A stretch of 64,000 nucleotides of DNA from Nevskiaceae bacterium (GTDB lineage: Bacteria; Pseudomonadota; Gammaproteobacteria; Steroidobacterales; Steroidobacteraceae): positions 28 through 64,027 of the forward strand of contig JBJTBK010000052.1 of NCBI GenBank assembly GCA_046091245.1, given 5' to 3'. Each line of letters begins with the position of its first letter. The stretch's first letter is position 1. The position numbers and the translations under genes are program-made. The notes below the pieces were generated by a model that saw only the letters and a list, made by a program, of their open reading frames with translations, was not told the DNA's origin and did no database searches. This document shows positions 1 to 9,495 of the stretch, piece by piece.

Positions 1-2161
1 TCGGTAGCCGCCGGATTCTTTGACCCGTCGCAGCGGGGAGCGCGTTGCTCACCGCCGGGGCGATCGGCGGGGTGGCGGGTTCGCCGACGCCCCCGCTCGG
101 CCCGTCGCTATCGACGATGCGTACGTCGATGGCGGGCGTATCGGCGAGTCGCAGCACCGGATAGGTGTCGAAGTTGCTTTGCACGGCAGCGCCGCCTGCG
201 ATGGTGATCTCACCGCTGAGTGCAGCCGACAAACCGTACACGATGCCGCTTTGCATCTGTGCGACCACTTGGTCCGGGTTGACGGCGAGTCCGCAATCGA
301 CGGCGCAAGTGACACGATGCACGCGGACTTGTTTGTCGCTGACGGAGACTTCCGCCACCTGCGCCACGATGCTGTTGAAGCTTTCCTGCAGCGCGATGCC
401 GTGAAAGTGGCCCTTGGGCAGAGGCTTACCCCAGCCCGCGGCGGTGGCAGCCTTGTCGAGTACGGCCAGGTGCCGCGGTTTGCCCGCGAGCAGCGCGCGG
501 CGATATCGATACGGGTCCTGACCGGCAAGATTGGCGAGCTCGTCGATCACGGAGTTGGCCACAAAGCCGTTGGCCGAGTGACCGACCGAACGCCACCACA
601 GTGATGGCACGGTTTCGTTGGTGTTGTGCACTTCGGCACGCAGGTTCGGAATCGCGTAGGGCATATCAGCCGAGCCTTCCAGCGTCGACGGGTCGACGCC
701 TTCTTTGCTGACTGCCATCTTGCCGAGTGCGGTATTGGCCAGCACGGGCTTGCTGACGACACGATGGAAATAGGCGATCGGTAGCCCATCGGCGCCGATG
801 GCAGCCTGTACGCGGTTGAGACCGAACGGTCGGTAGTAGCCGCCGCGAGTATCGTCTTCGCGTGTCCACACCACTTTCACTGGGCGATTGAGCCCCTTGG
901 CGACATGCGCTGCTTCGACCGGAAAGTCGGAGGTGCCGCTGGCACGACGACCGAAGCCGCCGCCCAAGAACATGGTGTTGACCTTGACGTTGGCTGCGGG
1001 GATACCGAGTGCAGCCGCTACGAGTTGTGCGTCTTGCGACTGCCCCTGCGTGCCCAGCCACATTTCGCAGCGATCGTTCTTGACCCACGCGACGGCGTTG
1101 AGCGGTTCCATGCAGGCGTGTGCGAGGTACGGCAGTTCGTATTCGACGTCGATTTTGCGACGGGCGTCACGGAGTGCCGCGATGGCATCACCCTGGTTTT
1201 TAGCGAGCAAACCCGTACGCGCGAGCAGCGCGCGACGCTCGGTACGCATGCTTTCGGTGGAGAGCGTGGCTCCTGGACCATCCTGCCATTCGACGCGTAG
1301 TGCCTCGCGGCCCTTCAGAGCGGCCCAGGTGTGCTCCGCGATCACGGCAACACCGCTCGGGATCTGTTTAACCTCGACGACCCCGCGTACTGCTTTTGCT
1401 TGTGAGGCATCGAAGGATCGCACCGAGGCGCCAAATTGCGGCGGACGGGCGACCACGGCCACCAGCATATTGGGCAGGTCGACGTCGATGCCAAACTGCG
1501 CCTCGCCATTGACTTTGATGCGACTGTCGAGGCGACGCTGCGGCTTGCCGATGTAGCGGAAGTCTGCGCGATTCTTCAACGTGACATTTTCTTTGGCGGG
1601 CACGGGCAAGGCCGAGGCGGCTTCGACGACCTTGCCGTAGGTGGCGCTGCGCCCGTCGGGTGCGAAGACAACGCCGTCCTCGGTGCGCAAATCCGCAGCG
1701 GTTACGCCCCACTCGCTGGCCGCGGCCTGCACGATCATGCGTCGAGCGGTGGCGCCGACTCGGCGTAGCGCTTCGTAAGTGCTCATCACGCTCATGCTGC
1801 CGCCGGTGAACTGCGCGGGCAGGAACGGGTGGTTGAAGGCCGGATCGACACCGGCGATTTCGACCGCCAGACGCTGCGGGTTTACGTCAAGTTCCTCGGC
1901 GAGAATCATCGGCAGTCCGGTGTAGATGCCTTGACCCATCTCGCTCTTGCCGATGATCACGGTGACGCGATCGTCTGCACCGATGCGCACGAAGGCATGC
2001 GGCTGGAATTCCTTCGGCGCGCTGTCACGACCGCCGACAAGGTACGGGCGCAGCCATTGTCCGGCTGCGATACCGCCGGCGATTACACCGACACCAATGA
2101 GGAAATGCCGACGTCCGGTGCGCGGGCTTGCGCTGTCGTCACTCGGTGCGATCGAGCTCAT
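1..2161 (-). CDS. Molybdopterin-binding large (beta) subunit of an IorAB / aldehyde-oxidase-type oxidoreductase; C-terminus runs off the window edge
   Basis: Absent from the ORF track because it is edge-truncated. My reverse translation from ATG at 2161 reads [25 protein letters not shown] (twin-arginine RRHFL) and stays open to position 1. It contains family-like stretches ([38 protein letters not shown]). There is an ATGA overlap with the upstream 2Fe-2S subunit. Confidence 0.85.
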   Translation of the reverse strand, partial: MSSIAPSDDSASPRTGRRHFLIGVGVIAGGIAAGQWLRPYLVGGRDSAPKEFQPHAFVRIGADDRVTVIIGKSEMGQGIYTGLPMILAEELDVNPQRLAVEIAGVDPAFNHPFLPAQFTGGSMSVMSTYEALRRVGATARRMIVQAAASEWGVTAADLRTEDGVVFAPDGRSATYGKVVEAASALPVPAKENVTLKNRADFRYIGKPQRRLDSRIKVNGEAQFGIDVDLPNMLVAVVARPPQFGASVRSFDASQAKAVRGVVEVKQIPSGVAVIAEHTWAALKGREALRVEWQDGPGATLSTESMRTERRALLARTGLLAKNQGDAIAALRDARRKIDVEYELPYLAHACMEPLNAVAWVKNDRCEMWLGTQGQSQDAQLVAAALGIPAANVKVNTMFLGGGFGRRASGTSDFPVEAAHVAKGLNRPVKVVWTREDDTRGGYYRPFGLNRVQAAIGADGLPIAYFHRVVSKPVLANTALGKMAVSKEGVDPSTLEGSADMPYAIPNLRAEVHNTNETVPSLWWRSVGHSANGFVANSVIDELANLAGQDPYRYRRALLAGKPRHLAVLDKAATAAGWGKPLPKGHFHGIALQESFNSIVAQVAEVSVSDKQVRVHRVTCAVDCGLAVNPDQVVAQMQSGIVYGLSAALSGEITIAGGAAVQSNFDTYPVLRLADTPAIDVRIVDSDGPSGGVGEPATPPIAPAVSNALPAATGQRIRRLP

Positions 2162-2649
2162 GCGGGCTGACCTCCGCGCTTGAGTTCGGCGGCCCGTTTG
2201 ACGGCGGCACGAATGCGCGGATAGGTGCCGCAACGACAGATATTGCCGTTCATGGCCGTATCAATGTCTGCATCGGTCGGTGAGGAGTTCTGCTCGAGCA
2301 AGGCTGCCGCCGCCATCACCTGACCCGACTGGCAGTAACCACATTGGACGACGTCGAGCTCGATCCACGCCTGCTGCACTGGATGCGTCGCATCGGGTGA
2401 GAGGCCCTCGATCGTGCGGATTTCCGTGCCGACCGCTGCCGACACCGGCGTCACGCAGGCACGTGCTGGCTGTCCGTCGATGTGAATGGTGCAGGCGCCG
2501 CACTGGGCGATGCCGCAGCCGTACTTGGTACCGGTCAACTTGATGAGATCGCGCAAGGCCCAGAGCAAGGGCATTTCCGGATCCGCATCGATATCGTGCC
2601 GCTCGCCATTGACTGTCAAACTGATCACGTAGTCTCTCCCGGTTAGCAT
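2158..2649 (-). CDS. (2Fe-2S)-binding small subunit of IorAB / aldehyde-oxidase-type oxidoreductase
   Basis: The 163 aa product has two cysteine clusters, [16 protein letters not shown] and CGYCQSGQ...CRCGTY, typical of the small subunit. It is translationally coupled to the large subunit. Confidence 0.9.
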   Translation of the reverse strand: MLTGRDYVISLTVNGERHDIDADPEMPLLWALRDLIKLTGTKYGCGIAQCGACTIHIDGQPARACVTPVSAAVGTEIRTIEGLSPDATHPVQQAWIELDVVQCGYCQSGQVMAAAALLEQNSSPTDADIDTAMNGNICRCGTYPRIRAAVKRAAELKRGGQPA

Positions 2650-2660
2650 CCTGGGGTCGG

Positions 2661-4121
2661 GTGGGGCCAGAATATACCCAAGTTCGGGTGCGGGAGAGCG
2701 CAGGCTTGCAGATCGAGTTTTACGGTGCGGCGGGCGAGGTCACCGGGTCCTGTCACATCCTGACCGTGCGCGGGAAGCGAGTGTTGCTCGACTGCGGCAT
2801 GATTCAGGGCGGTCGCGATGCGACCGAGCGCAACCGGAGGGAGTTTCCCTTCGTCGCGGCCGACATCGATGCGGTGGTGCTGAGCCATGCCCATATCGAT
2901 CACAGCGGCCGTTTACCGTTACTCGTGAAGCGCGGATTTCGCGGGCCAATCTATACCAATGCGGCCTGTCGCGATCTGCTGCCGATCCTGCTGCGCGATA
3001 CCGCGGATCTTGGCTTGCGCGAGGTGGAGCGCATCAATCGACGGCGTGAGCCGGATGACGCGATCGCTGAGCCGCTGTACGACCTCGACGACGTGGAGCG
3101 GACCCTGAAGTTGGTAAGGGCCTTGCGATATGACACGACGTACGAGCCCGTGCCGGGGCTGTCGCTGACTCTGCGTGATGCCGGCCACATCCTCGGCTCA
3201 TCGAGCCTGCTGCTGGAGTGCAACGACGGCGGTGTGCGGCGGACGGTGGTCTTTAGCGGTGATCTGGGCCAGTACGACTCGCCGATTTTGCTCGATCCGT
3301 ATGCTTTCGAGCAGGCCGACCTTGTGATCATGGAGAGTACCTACGGTGATCGGTTGCACCGTGATCGCCAGGCGACGCTGGCCGAGTTCGGGCAGATCAT
3401 CGCAGCCGCCGAGGCCAGTCGTGGCAACGTGATCATTCCCTCCTTCGCCATCGGTCGCAGTCAAGAGGTGCTGTACCTGCTAGGGCTCCACCATGAGGCC
3501 TGGCGATTGCGGGACTGGCAGGTCTTCCTGGATAGCCCCATGGCGATCGAGGCGAGTCGGGTGTACTGGAGCCACGTCGATCGTTACGACCCTGAGGCGT
3601 TGCGCCTGCGTGCTGACTTCACGGCCATGCCGCAACTGCCTAATCTCAGCCTATGCCGTACGGCCGATGAGTCCCGCGCCATCAATCGGGTACGCGATCA
3701 CGCGATCATCATTGCCGGTAGCGGCATGTGTAATGGCGGCCGCGTCCTGCACCACTTGAAACACAATCTGCCGCGGCCCGAGTGCCACGTTGTGATTCCC
3801 GGCTTTCAGGCACCCGGTACGCTCGGGCGTGCGCTCGTCGATCGATTACCGGCCGTGCGCATCCACGGCGAGCTTGTCCGCGTCTCGGCCACCGTGCACA
3901 CGCTCGGCGGACTTTCCGCCCACGGTGACCAGGAAGATTTGCTACGGTGGTATGGCAACTTCAAAACTCAACCGCCGGTGTGCCTGGTGCATGGCGAATT
4001 GGCGCAGGCGCAAGCGTTGCGGGCACGGCTAGAAGCCCGCGGCGGGCGGGCGTGGATTCCGGACCCTGGCTTTGTGCTTGACCTGACGACCCTGGCCGAC
4101 AAAGGAGTGCGATCCTCATGA
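2661..4121 (+). CDS. MBL-fold beta-CASP hydrolase (RNA-metabolising RNase J/CPSF-like family)
   Basis: Motifs seen are [11 protein letters not shown] (HxHxDH) and a beta-CASP style C-terminal part ([13 protein letters not shown]). The true start is probably TTG at 2706 ([15 protein letters not shown]), preceded by GGGAGAG. Confidence 0.8.
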   Translation: MGPEYTQVRVRESAGLQIEFYGAAGEVTGSCHILTVRGKRVLLDCGMIQGGRDATERNRREFPFVAADIDAVVLSHAHIDHSGRLPLLVKRGFRGPIYTNAACRDLLPILLRDTADLGLREVERINRRREPDDAIAEPLYDLDDVERTLKLVRALRYDTTYEPVPGLSLTLRDAGHILGSSSLLLECNDGGVRRTVVFSGDLGQYDSPILLDPYAFEQADLVIMESTYGDRLHRDRQATLAEFGQIIAAAEASRGNVIIPSFAIGRSQEVLYLLGLHHEAWRLRDWQVFLDSPMAIEASRVYWSHVDRYDPEALRLRADFTAMPQLPNLSLCRTADESRAINRVRDHAIIIAGSGMCNGGRVLHHLKHNLPRPECHVVIPGFQAPGTLGRALVDRLPAVRIHGELVRVSATVHTLGGLSAHGDQEDLLRWYGNFKTQPPVCLVHGELAQAQALRARLEARGGRAWIPDPGFVLDLTTLADKGVRSS

Positions 4122-4900
4122 ACCGCAGAATCTTTGCTGCACTGTCCGTCGTTCTCTCCATCGCATGGGTCGCCGTTACGGCACCCGCAGCGTTGGCAGC
4201 GGCGGCCAAAACCGCCCCGAGTATCCTCGTCGTTGGCGCCACCGGCGGAACGGGCAAGGAGGTCGTCCGGCAGGCCCTGGAATCCGGGTACCGGGTACGC
4301 GCACTGGTGCGCGATGCCGACAAGGCGCGTGGCCAGTTGGGCGGCGATGTCGAGCTCGTGGTAGGCGACGTACGCACCGGCGCCGGCCTGGAAGCAGCGG
4401 TGCGCGGGGTCGATTACGTCGTGTCGGCGCTCGGCTCGAATGTGCGCAACGATCCGACCAACACGCCGGAGCGAGTCGACTATGGCGGCGTACGCGATCT
4501 CGTCAACGCGGCCGCGAGCGCCAAGGTCAAACACTTCGTGTTGGTCTCTTCCATGGGCGTGACGCACGACGATCATCCGCTTAATCGAATGTTCGGCAAC
4601 ATTCTCGTTTGGAAGCGCAAGGGTGAAGAAGCCGTACGCGCCTCGGGCGTGCCGTACACGATCGTGCGTCCGGGCGGACTGCTTGATGCACCGGGCGGCG
4701 AGGCAGACATTCGCGCCTTCCAGGGCGATGATCTGAAGAACAACGGCCGCATTCCGCGCGCCGACGTTGCGGCCGTGTGCCTCAAGGCGTTCGGCAATTC
4801 ACTCGCAGCCGGCAAGACCTTCGAGATCGTCTCCGGTGCCGAGGGTAACCGCGTCGATTGGAACGGTCTGTTTGCGGATCTGAAGGCCGATGCGCGCTGA
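4118..4900 (+). CDS. Atypical SDR / NmrA-like NAD(P)-binding protein with N-terminal hydrophobic signal or anchor
   Basis: Contains the ILVVGATGGTGKEVV Rossmann motif. The N-terminus is [30 protein letters not shown]. There is an ATGA overlap with the previous gene and an AAAGGAG RBS. Confidence 0.75.
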   Translation: MNRRIFAALSVVLSIAWVAVTAPAALAAAAKTAPSILVVGATGGTGKEVVRQALESGYRVRALVRDADKARGQLGGDVELVVGDVRTGAGLEAAVRGVDYVVSALGSNVRNDPTNTPERVDYGGVRDLVNAAASAKVKHFVLVSSMGVTHDDHPLNRMFGNILVWKRKGEEAVRASGVPYTIVRPGGLLDAPGGEADIRAFQGDDLKNNGRIPRADVAAVCLKAFGNSLAAGKTFEIVSGAEGNRVDWNGLFADLKADAR

Positions 4901-6221
4901 GGGCACGGCGCTACAGCGGGTACTCGCGCGCTTTGCGCGCGTCGAGCCTGGCGAAGTCGCCGCGGTGGTCGCCGCGTTCTTCCTGTTTTTCTTTGTGCTG
5001 GGAAGTTACTTCGCGGTCAGGCCCGTACGCGAGACGGTAGCGACGCTACTCGGCCGCGATCGTGTTGCTGATCTTTGGCTGTATACCGCGCTTTTTTCAA
5101 TCGCCATAGTGCCGCTTTATGGCTGGCTCGTCGCGCGGGTACGGCGCAGCCTGTTGCTGCCTTGCATTTATGGGGCGGTAGCGCTGACGCTGGCAATCAT
5201 CGGTTCGTACATTCAAGTTGACGAAGGCAACCTGCAGGTCGGCACATTCTTTTACGTGTGGATCAGTGTGCTGAACCTCATGCTGGTCTCCGTGTTCTGG
5301 AGCTTTTTGCTCGAAATGTTCGATCGCGAGCAGACCAAGCGCCTGTTCGGCTTCATTGCCGCCGGCGGTACGTTCGGCGCGCTGGTCGGGCCGCTCACGG
5401 CGCGGCTGACTGTCGAATACATTGGTAACGCCGGCGTGTTGTATTTGGGGACCGTGGGCTTCCTGTGTGCCATCGTCTGCCAGCGCGTGCTCATCGGTAT
5501 CTGGAACAACGAGCCTGCCGGAAGCGCGACAGGAGGCGCAGCGCCCGCCTCGGCTTTGCAGAAGCGCAACGACGAGGGACTCGGCGGAAACCCTTTCGCA
5601 GGCATCATGATCGTGCTGCGCTCGCCGTATTTGCTCGGCATTGCTTCGTTTGTCGTGTTGCTGTCGGCGGTAAACACATTCCTTTATTTCGAGCAGTTGC
5701 GTATCGTCAGCGAAACATTCGCCGACACAACGGCGCGCACCGAGATGTTCGCCACCATCGACTTCGTGGTGCAGTCGCTGACGATCTTTTCGCAGTTATT
5801 CCTGACCGGTCGCATCGCCTCGCGTCTCGGGGTGCGCGCGCTGCTCACATTCGTGCCGATCATCATGATCGGTGGGTTCATGTTGCTGTCGGTACTTAAC
5901 GTATTCGGCATGATTGCGCTGCTGCTCGTCGTGCGTCGCTGGGGTGAGTACGCGTTCATCCGGCCAGGCCGCGAGATGCTCTGGGGCTCGCTCGACAAAG
6001 AATCCAAATACAAGGCCAAGAGTTTTATTGACGTGCCCGTGTATCGCGCGGCTGACTACGTGGGTGCGCAAGCGAAGAGCGCCCTCGATGCCGTCGGTGC
6101 GACACCGGCGGGGGCGGCGATCGTCGGGGCCGGTATCGCAGCCCTCTGGGCGGCAAACGGTTGGATGCTCGGACGTCGTTACGATCGGGGCAGCGAGCGC
6201 AACAAAAATGGCGAGCCGTAA
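4890..6221 (+). CDS. Multi-pass transporter, TLC / Npt1-Npt2-like (MFS-related) family
   Basis: The 443 aa product has about 11-12 hydrophobic spans. The N-terminal pattern FFFVLGSYFAVRPVRETVA resembles the Y..LR..K[DE] motif of ATP/ADP-translocase-like carriers. It overlaps the upstream stop by 11 nt. Confidence 0.6.
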   Translation: MRAEGTALQRVLARFARVEPGEVAAVVAAFFLFFFVLGSYFAVRPVRETVATLLGRDRVADLWLYTALFSIAIVPLYGWLVARVRRSLLLPCIYGAVALTLAIIGSYIQVDEGNLQVGTFFYVWISVLNLMLVSVFWSFLLEMFDREQTKRLFGFIAAGGTFGALVGPLTARLTVEYIGNAGVLYLGTVGFLCAIVCQRVLIGIWNNEPAGSATGGAAPASALQKRNDEGLGGNPFAGIMIVLRSPYLLGIASFVVLLSAVNTFLYFEQLRIVSETFADTTARTEMFATIDFVVQSLTIFSQLFLTGRIASRLGVRALLTFVPIIMIGGFMLLSVLNVFGMIALLLVVRRWGEYAFIRPGREMLWGSLDKESKYKAKSFIDVPVYRAADYVGAQAKSALDAVGATPAGAAIVGAGIAALWAANGWMLGRRYDRGSERNKNGEP

Positions 6222-6245
6222 CAACGGCCAATAGGGGAGGGGGTC

Positions 6246-7577
6246 ATGTCTGCATTATCCAAGTGGTTTTCGCTCGATGAACGTGAAGAAGCGGCGAGTG
6301 CGGATAATCCGCACGCGCCGTTGCAGGCCAGTCAGCGTCGCGACGCATTGCCGCTGCTGACGCTGGCGTTTGGTTGGGGCTTCCTCGTCACCGGACTGCT
6401 GGTCGGCAGTTCGCTTGGCGCCGGACTCTATTTCCCCGATCTGCTGCGCAACGCGATGTGGGGCAATCTCGTCAACTTCGTAGTCGGCGCATTGGTCGGT
6501 TACATGGGATACCAGACGGCGTGCAACAGCGGGCTGCTGTACCGGCTGACCTACGGCAACGTCGGCGCCTACCTGCCGGTGTTGTTCCTCGCGGCACTGA
6601 CCATCGGCTGGCAGGGCATCGTCGTCGGCGCCTTCGGCCTGACGTGGACCGGCAGTTTCGACAGCCCGTACTTCGTGCCGGTCGCGCTGTTCGCGGGAGT
6701 GCTCTACACCTATACGACCTACACTGGGGTGAAGGGTCTCGAGCGCGTCGCCGTGCCATCGACGGTGGTGCTCGCGCTCGTAGGCCTTTATGCCGGCTGG
6801 TTCAACGTCGACAAGGCCGGTGGCTGGGACGCCTTTCTCGGTTTGTCGGCAAGCGCCGCTGCAACACAGCCTTTGACCGATACCCAGGCGATCAATCTCG
6901 TGATCGGCTCCTGGATTGTCGGTGGTGTAGTGATGGCCGAGTACACGCGCTTCGCGCGCAAGGCCTGGGTGGCTATTGCTATCCCGTTCATCGTGCTCGT
7001 GGTGACGCAGCTGTTTCTGCAGGTCATCGGCGCGATGGGCGGCATCGTCTCGGGTAGTTTCGACTTCAGTGCCTATCTGCGCACTGCCGGCCCGATCATC
7101 GCTATCATTGGTCTGATTTCCATGAGTCTCGCCTTGTGGACGACCGGTGACACCAATCTCTATCTGCCGTCTATCCAGACGGCCAGCGTGTTCCGTTTGC
7201 CGAAGCGTGTGACGATCGTGATCTGCGGAACCATCGGCACGATTTTGGGTCTGGGCATCTATCAGTACTTCATGGACTGGATCAACCAGATTGCCAACCT
7301 CGTGCCGCCGCTGATCGGCCCGATCATCGTCGACTACTATGTGTTCCATGGACGACGCTACGACACGACATTGCTCGATCGATTACCCACGTGGAACCCG
7401 TTGGCCGTGTCGGCGTTTATTGTCGGTGTGGTTGCCGCGTATGGCTTCACGCCTGTTTGGATCGCCTCGGGGCTCTGGGGCCTGCTCGTGTCGATGGCGG
7501 TGTACTTCGTGCTCTTCGGTCTCGCTCGACTGTTCGGTTGGCGGGTCGGTTACTCGCGGGCTGTGGCGGATGCCTAA
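6246..7577 (+). CDS. NCS1-family purine/cytosine (nucleobase) permease
   Basis: The 443 aa polytopic membrane protein has an overall CodB-like layout and sequence character. A GGGGAGGGGG RBS lies upstream. Confidence 0.7.
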   Translation: MSALSKWFSLDEREEAASADNPHAPLQASQRRDALPLLTLAFGWGFLVTGLLVGSSLGAGLYFPDLLRNAMWGNLVNFVVGALVGYMGYQTACNSGLLYRLTYGNVGAYLPVLFLAALTIGWQGIVVGAFGLTWTGSFDSPYFVPVALFAGVLYTYTTYTGVKGLERVAVPSTVVLALVGLYAGWFNVDKAGGWDAFLGLSASAAATQPLTDTQAINLVIGSWIVGGVVMAEYTRFARKAWVAIAIPFIVLVVTQLFLQVIGAMGGIVSGSFDFSAYLRTAGPIIAIIGLISMSLALWTTGDTNLYLPSIQTASVFRLPKRVTIVICGTIGTILGLGIYQYFMDWINQIANLVPPLIGPIIVDYYVFHGRRYDTTLLDRLPTWNPLAVSAFIVGVVAAYGFTPVWIASGLWGLLVSMAVYFVLFGLARLFGWRVGYSRAVADA

Positions 7578-8502
7578 AGTGGCCCGCGTTATCGCGGTCG
7601 CTCTTTGGTTTGCGCTCGGAAGCATCACGCTGCCGAGCACGGCGATCGCTGAGGACGTGAGCGCTGCACAGCGACGTGCGGCAGGCGAGTTTCTCGCGGC
7701 TGCAGCCGCGGGAGACGCCCAGGCGCTGGCCTTCGCACTGCATCCGGCTGAACTCGAGCGCTTGCGCTCGAGTGTGCTGCAGCAGTTGCGCGACGAAGAA
7801 GCGCGGGGCGTATCAACGCTGCGCGTGCGGCTTTTCGGTGAGGCTCAGCCTCTGGCTGACATCGAGCGATTGACCGGCATCAACTTCTTCCGTGCACTGG
7901 CGCGCCGGCTGCGGTGGCAAGCGCGTCCGTACGAAGAGCTGAGCGGTCTTGTTGCGGTGCGCGATGGCAATCTCGTCCACGTCCTGGTCCGCGGCCGACA
8001 ACCGCGCGGTCGCGGCAAGACCGAAGTGGTCGAGGTTGTATCTTTGCTGGCCTACGGCAAGGAGTGGAAAGCGGCCTTACCCCTCGAACTGGCGGCTCAG
8101 CTCGAAGATCTGATCTCAGCGGGACCCGCGACAGCATCGGGTTCAGCTGCATCGGCCGGGCCACCTCGCACGGAACGCAATACCCCGCAGATCCTTGCGT
8201 TGCTCGATACCGCCGAGAAATCTCTCGTGGACGGTCGTTGCGATACGTACTATCGCGAACATCTTTCACCCGAATTGCGGCGCACGCTCGGCGCACGAAC
8301 GGTCGATACGCTGATCAGCACTTGTACTCGCAGCATGGGTAATCGGGAGTTACTGGTGGCGGCGCTACGCATTGTGCGGCGCTCTGCACCGGTTTACGAG
8401 GCGGGGGGCAATCGCGCCGTGTATGACGTGTCGGCGCAAGGTCTGCCCTACGACAGGTTCGTACTCGAGCGCATCGACGGGCGCTGGTACATCGGCGAAT
8501 GA
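7570..8502 (+). CDS. Secreted hypothetical protein
   Basis: The track ORF 7339..8502 is over-extended. ATG at 7570 gives MPKVARVIAVALWFALGSITLPSTAIAEDV (signal peptide) and overlaps the permease stop by 8 nt. I recognise no family. Confidence 0.6.
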   Translation: MPKVARVIAVALWFALGSITLPSTAIAEDVSAAQRRAAGEFLAAAAAGDAQALAFALHPAELERLRSSVLQQLRDEEARGVSTLRVRLFGEAQPLADIERLTGINFFRALARRLRWQARPYEELSGLVAVRDGNLVHVLVRGRQPRGRGKTEVVEVVSLLAYGKEWKAALPLELAAQLEDLISAGPATASGSAASAGPPRTERNTPQILALLDTAEKSLVDGRCDTYYREHLSPELRRTLGARTVDTLISTCTRSMGNRELLVAALRIVRRSAPVYEAGGNRAVYDVSAQGLPYDRFVLERIDGRWYIGE

Positions 8503-8532
8503 CAGTGCGTCATTGACAATGGAGGTCTTGGC

Positions 8533-9495
8533 ATGAACATTTCTTTGTTTCGCGCGGGTCGAATCGCTGTAGTGGCGACCGCTGTGCTGCTGCTGGCGGC
8601 GTGCGGGGTCTCACCGCAGAAAGTCACCGTGCCGGTAGTCGAAAAAGTCGATCTCAATCGCTTCATGGGGCCGTGGTACGTCATTGGCGTCATCCCCACC
8701 TTCATCGAGAAGAACATCTACAACGCAATCGAGTCCTACGAGCTTGCACCCGACGGCACGATCAGGACCACGTTCACCTTCAACAAAGGGGCCTTCGATG
8801 GGCCGGCCAAGCGGATGGAGCCGAAGGGCTTCGTGATTCCCGGCACCAACAATGCGATCTGGGGCATGCAGTTCATCTGGCCGGTGAAGGCCGAGTACGT
8901 CATCTCGCATGTCGATAACGAATATACCGAGACCATCATCGCCCGCAGTGCACGCGATTACGTCTGGATCATGGCGCGCACCCCCACGATCGATGATGCG
9001 CGTTATGCGGCACTCGTGAAGAAAGTGGCCGACATGGGCTACGACATGAGCAAGCTCGTGAAAGTGCCGCAGCGTCCTGCGGTCGTCGCGCCGCCGGTGA
9101 GTTCGGTGGCCCCGGCCGCAGGCTCCGCAGCGCCGCCCATGCCTTCAGCGGAGCGCGTGGCTGAAATTCTGGCAAGAGTTACGGCAGTTACGGCAGTCGA
9201 TTTGAAAGCGCGCTTGTCATCGAGCGCGAACAAGCCGCTCGTGCTCGATGTACGACGTGCCGACGAGTTCGCGGCAGGTCATGTTGACGGTGCTCTGAAT
9301 GTGGCGCACACGGATGTGGTAGCGAATCCGGCTACAGCGCTGACAGCCGGCAAAGATGCGGAAATCGTTCTCTACTGCGGCAGTGGTCGACGCGCATCCA
9401 TGGCAATCGAAGCGCTGCGCGCGGCGGGCTATACGAACCTCAAGCACCTCGAGGGTGACTACCCGGCTTGGGCCAAAATAACGACGACGCCGTGA
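8533..9495 (+). CDS. Lipoprotein: Blc-type lipocalin domain fused to a C-terminal rhodanese domain
   Basis: Has the lipobox LLLAAC. The lipocalin signature is FMGPWYVIG...YVWIMARTP. A Pro/Ala linker follows, then rhodanese with PLVLDVRRADEFAAGHV and the active-site loop YCGSGRRAS. A GGAGG RBS is present. Confidence 0.8.
   Translation: MNISLFRAGRIAVVATAVLLLAACGVSPQKVTVPVVEKVDLNRFMGPWYVIGVIPTFIEKNIYNAIESYELAPDGTIRTTFTFNKGAFDGPAKRMEPKGFVIPGTNNAIWGMQFIWPVKAEYVISHVDNEYTETIIARSARDYVWIMARTPTIDDARYAALVKKVADMGYDMSKLVKVPQRPAVVAPPVSSVAPAAGSAAPPMPSAERVAEILARVTAVTAVDLKARLSSSANKPLVLDVRRADEFAAGHVDGALNVAHTDVVANPATALTAGKDAEIVLYCGSGRRASMAIEALRAAGYTNLKHLEGDYPAWAKITTTP

Noticed and set aside
7339-7569. N-terminal extensions of many track ORFs (for example 7339, 13265, 18071, 22529..23449, 30878, 34864, 38582, 43265, 45265, 50788 and 57150).
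   Set aside because: The extensions overlap the preceding gene in another frame and encode non-protein-like sequence. Internal ATG/GTG starts create canonical 1- or 4-nt overlaps, or give signal peptides and conserved N-termini.
9178-9195. Perfect 9-bp tandem duplication GTTACGGCA x2 inside the lipocalin-rhodanese gene.
   Set aside because: It is in-frame (encodes VTAVTA), has only two copies, and lies in the linker / rhodanese N-terminal region. It is most likely a trivial slippage duplication.
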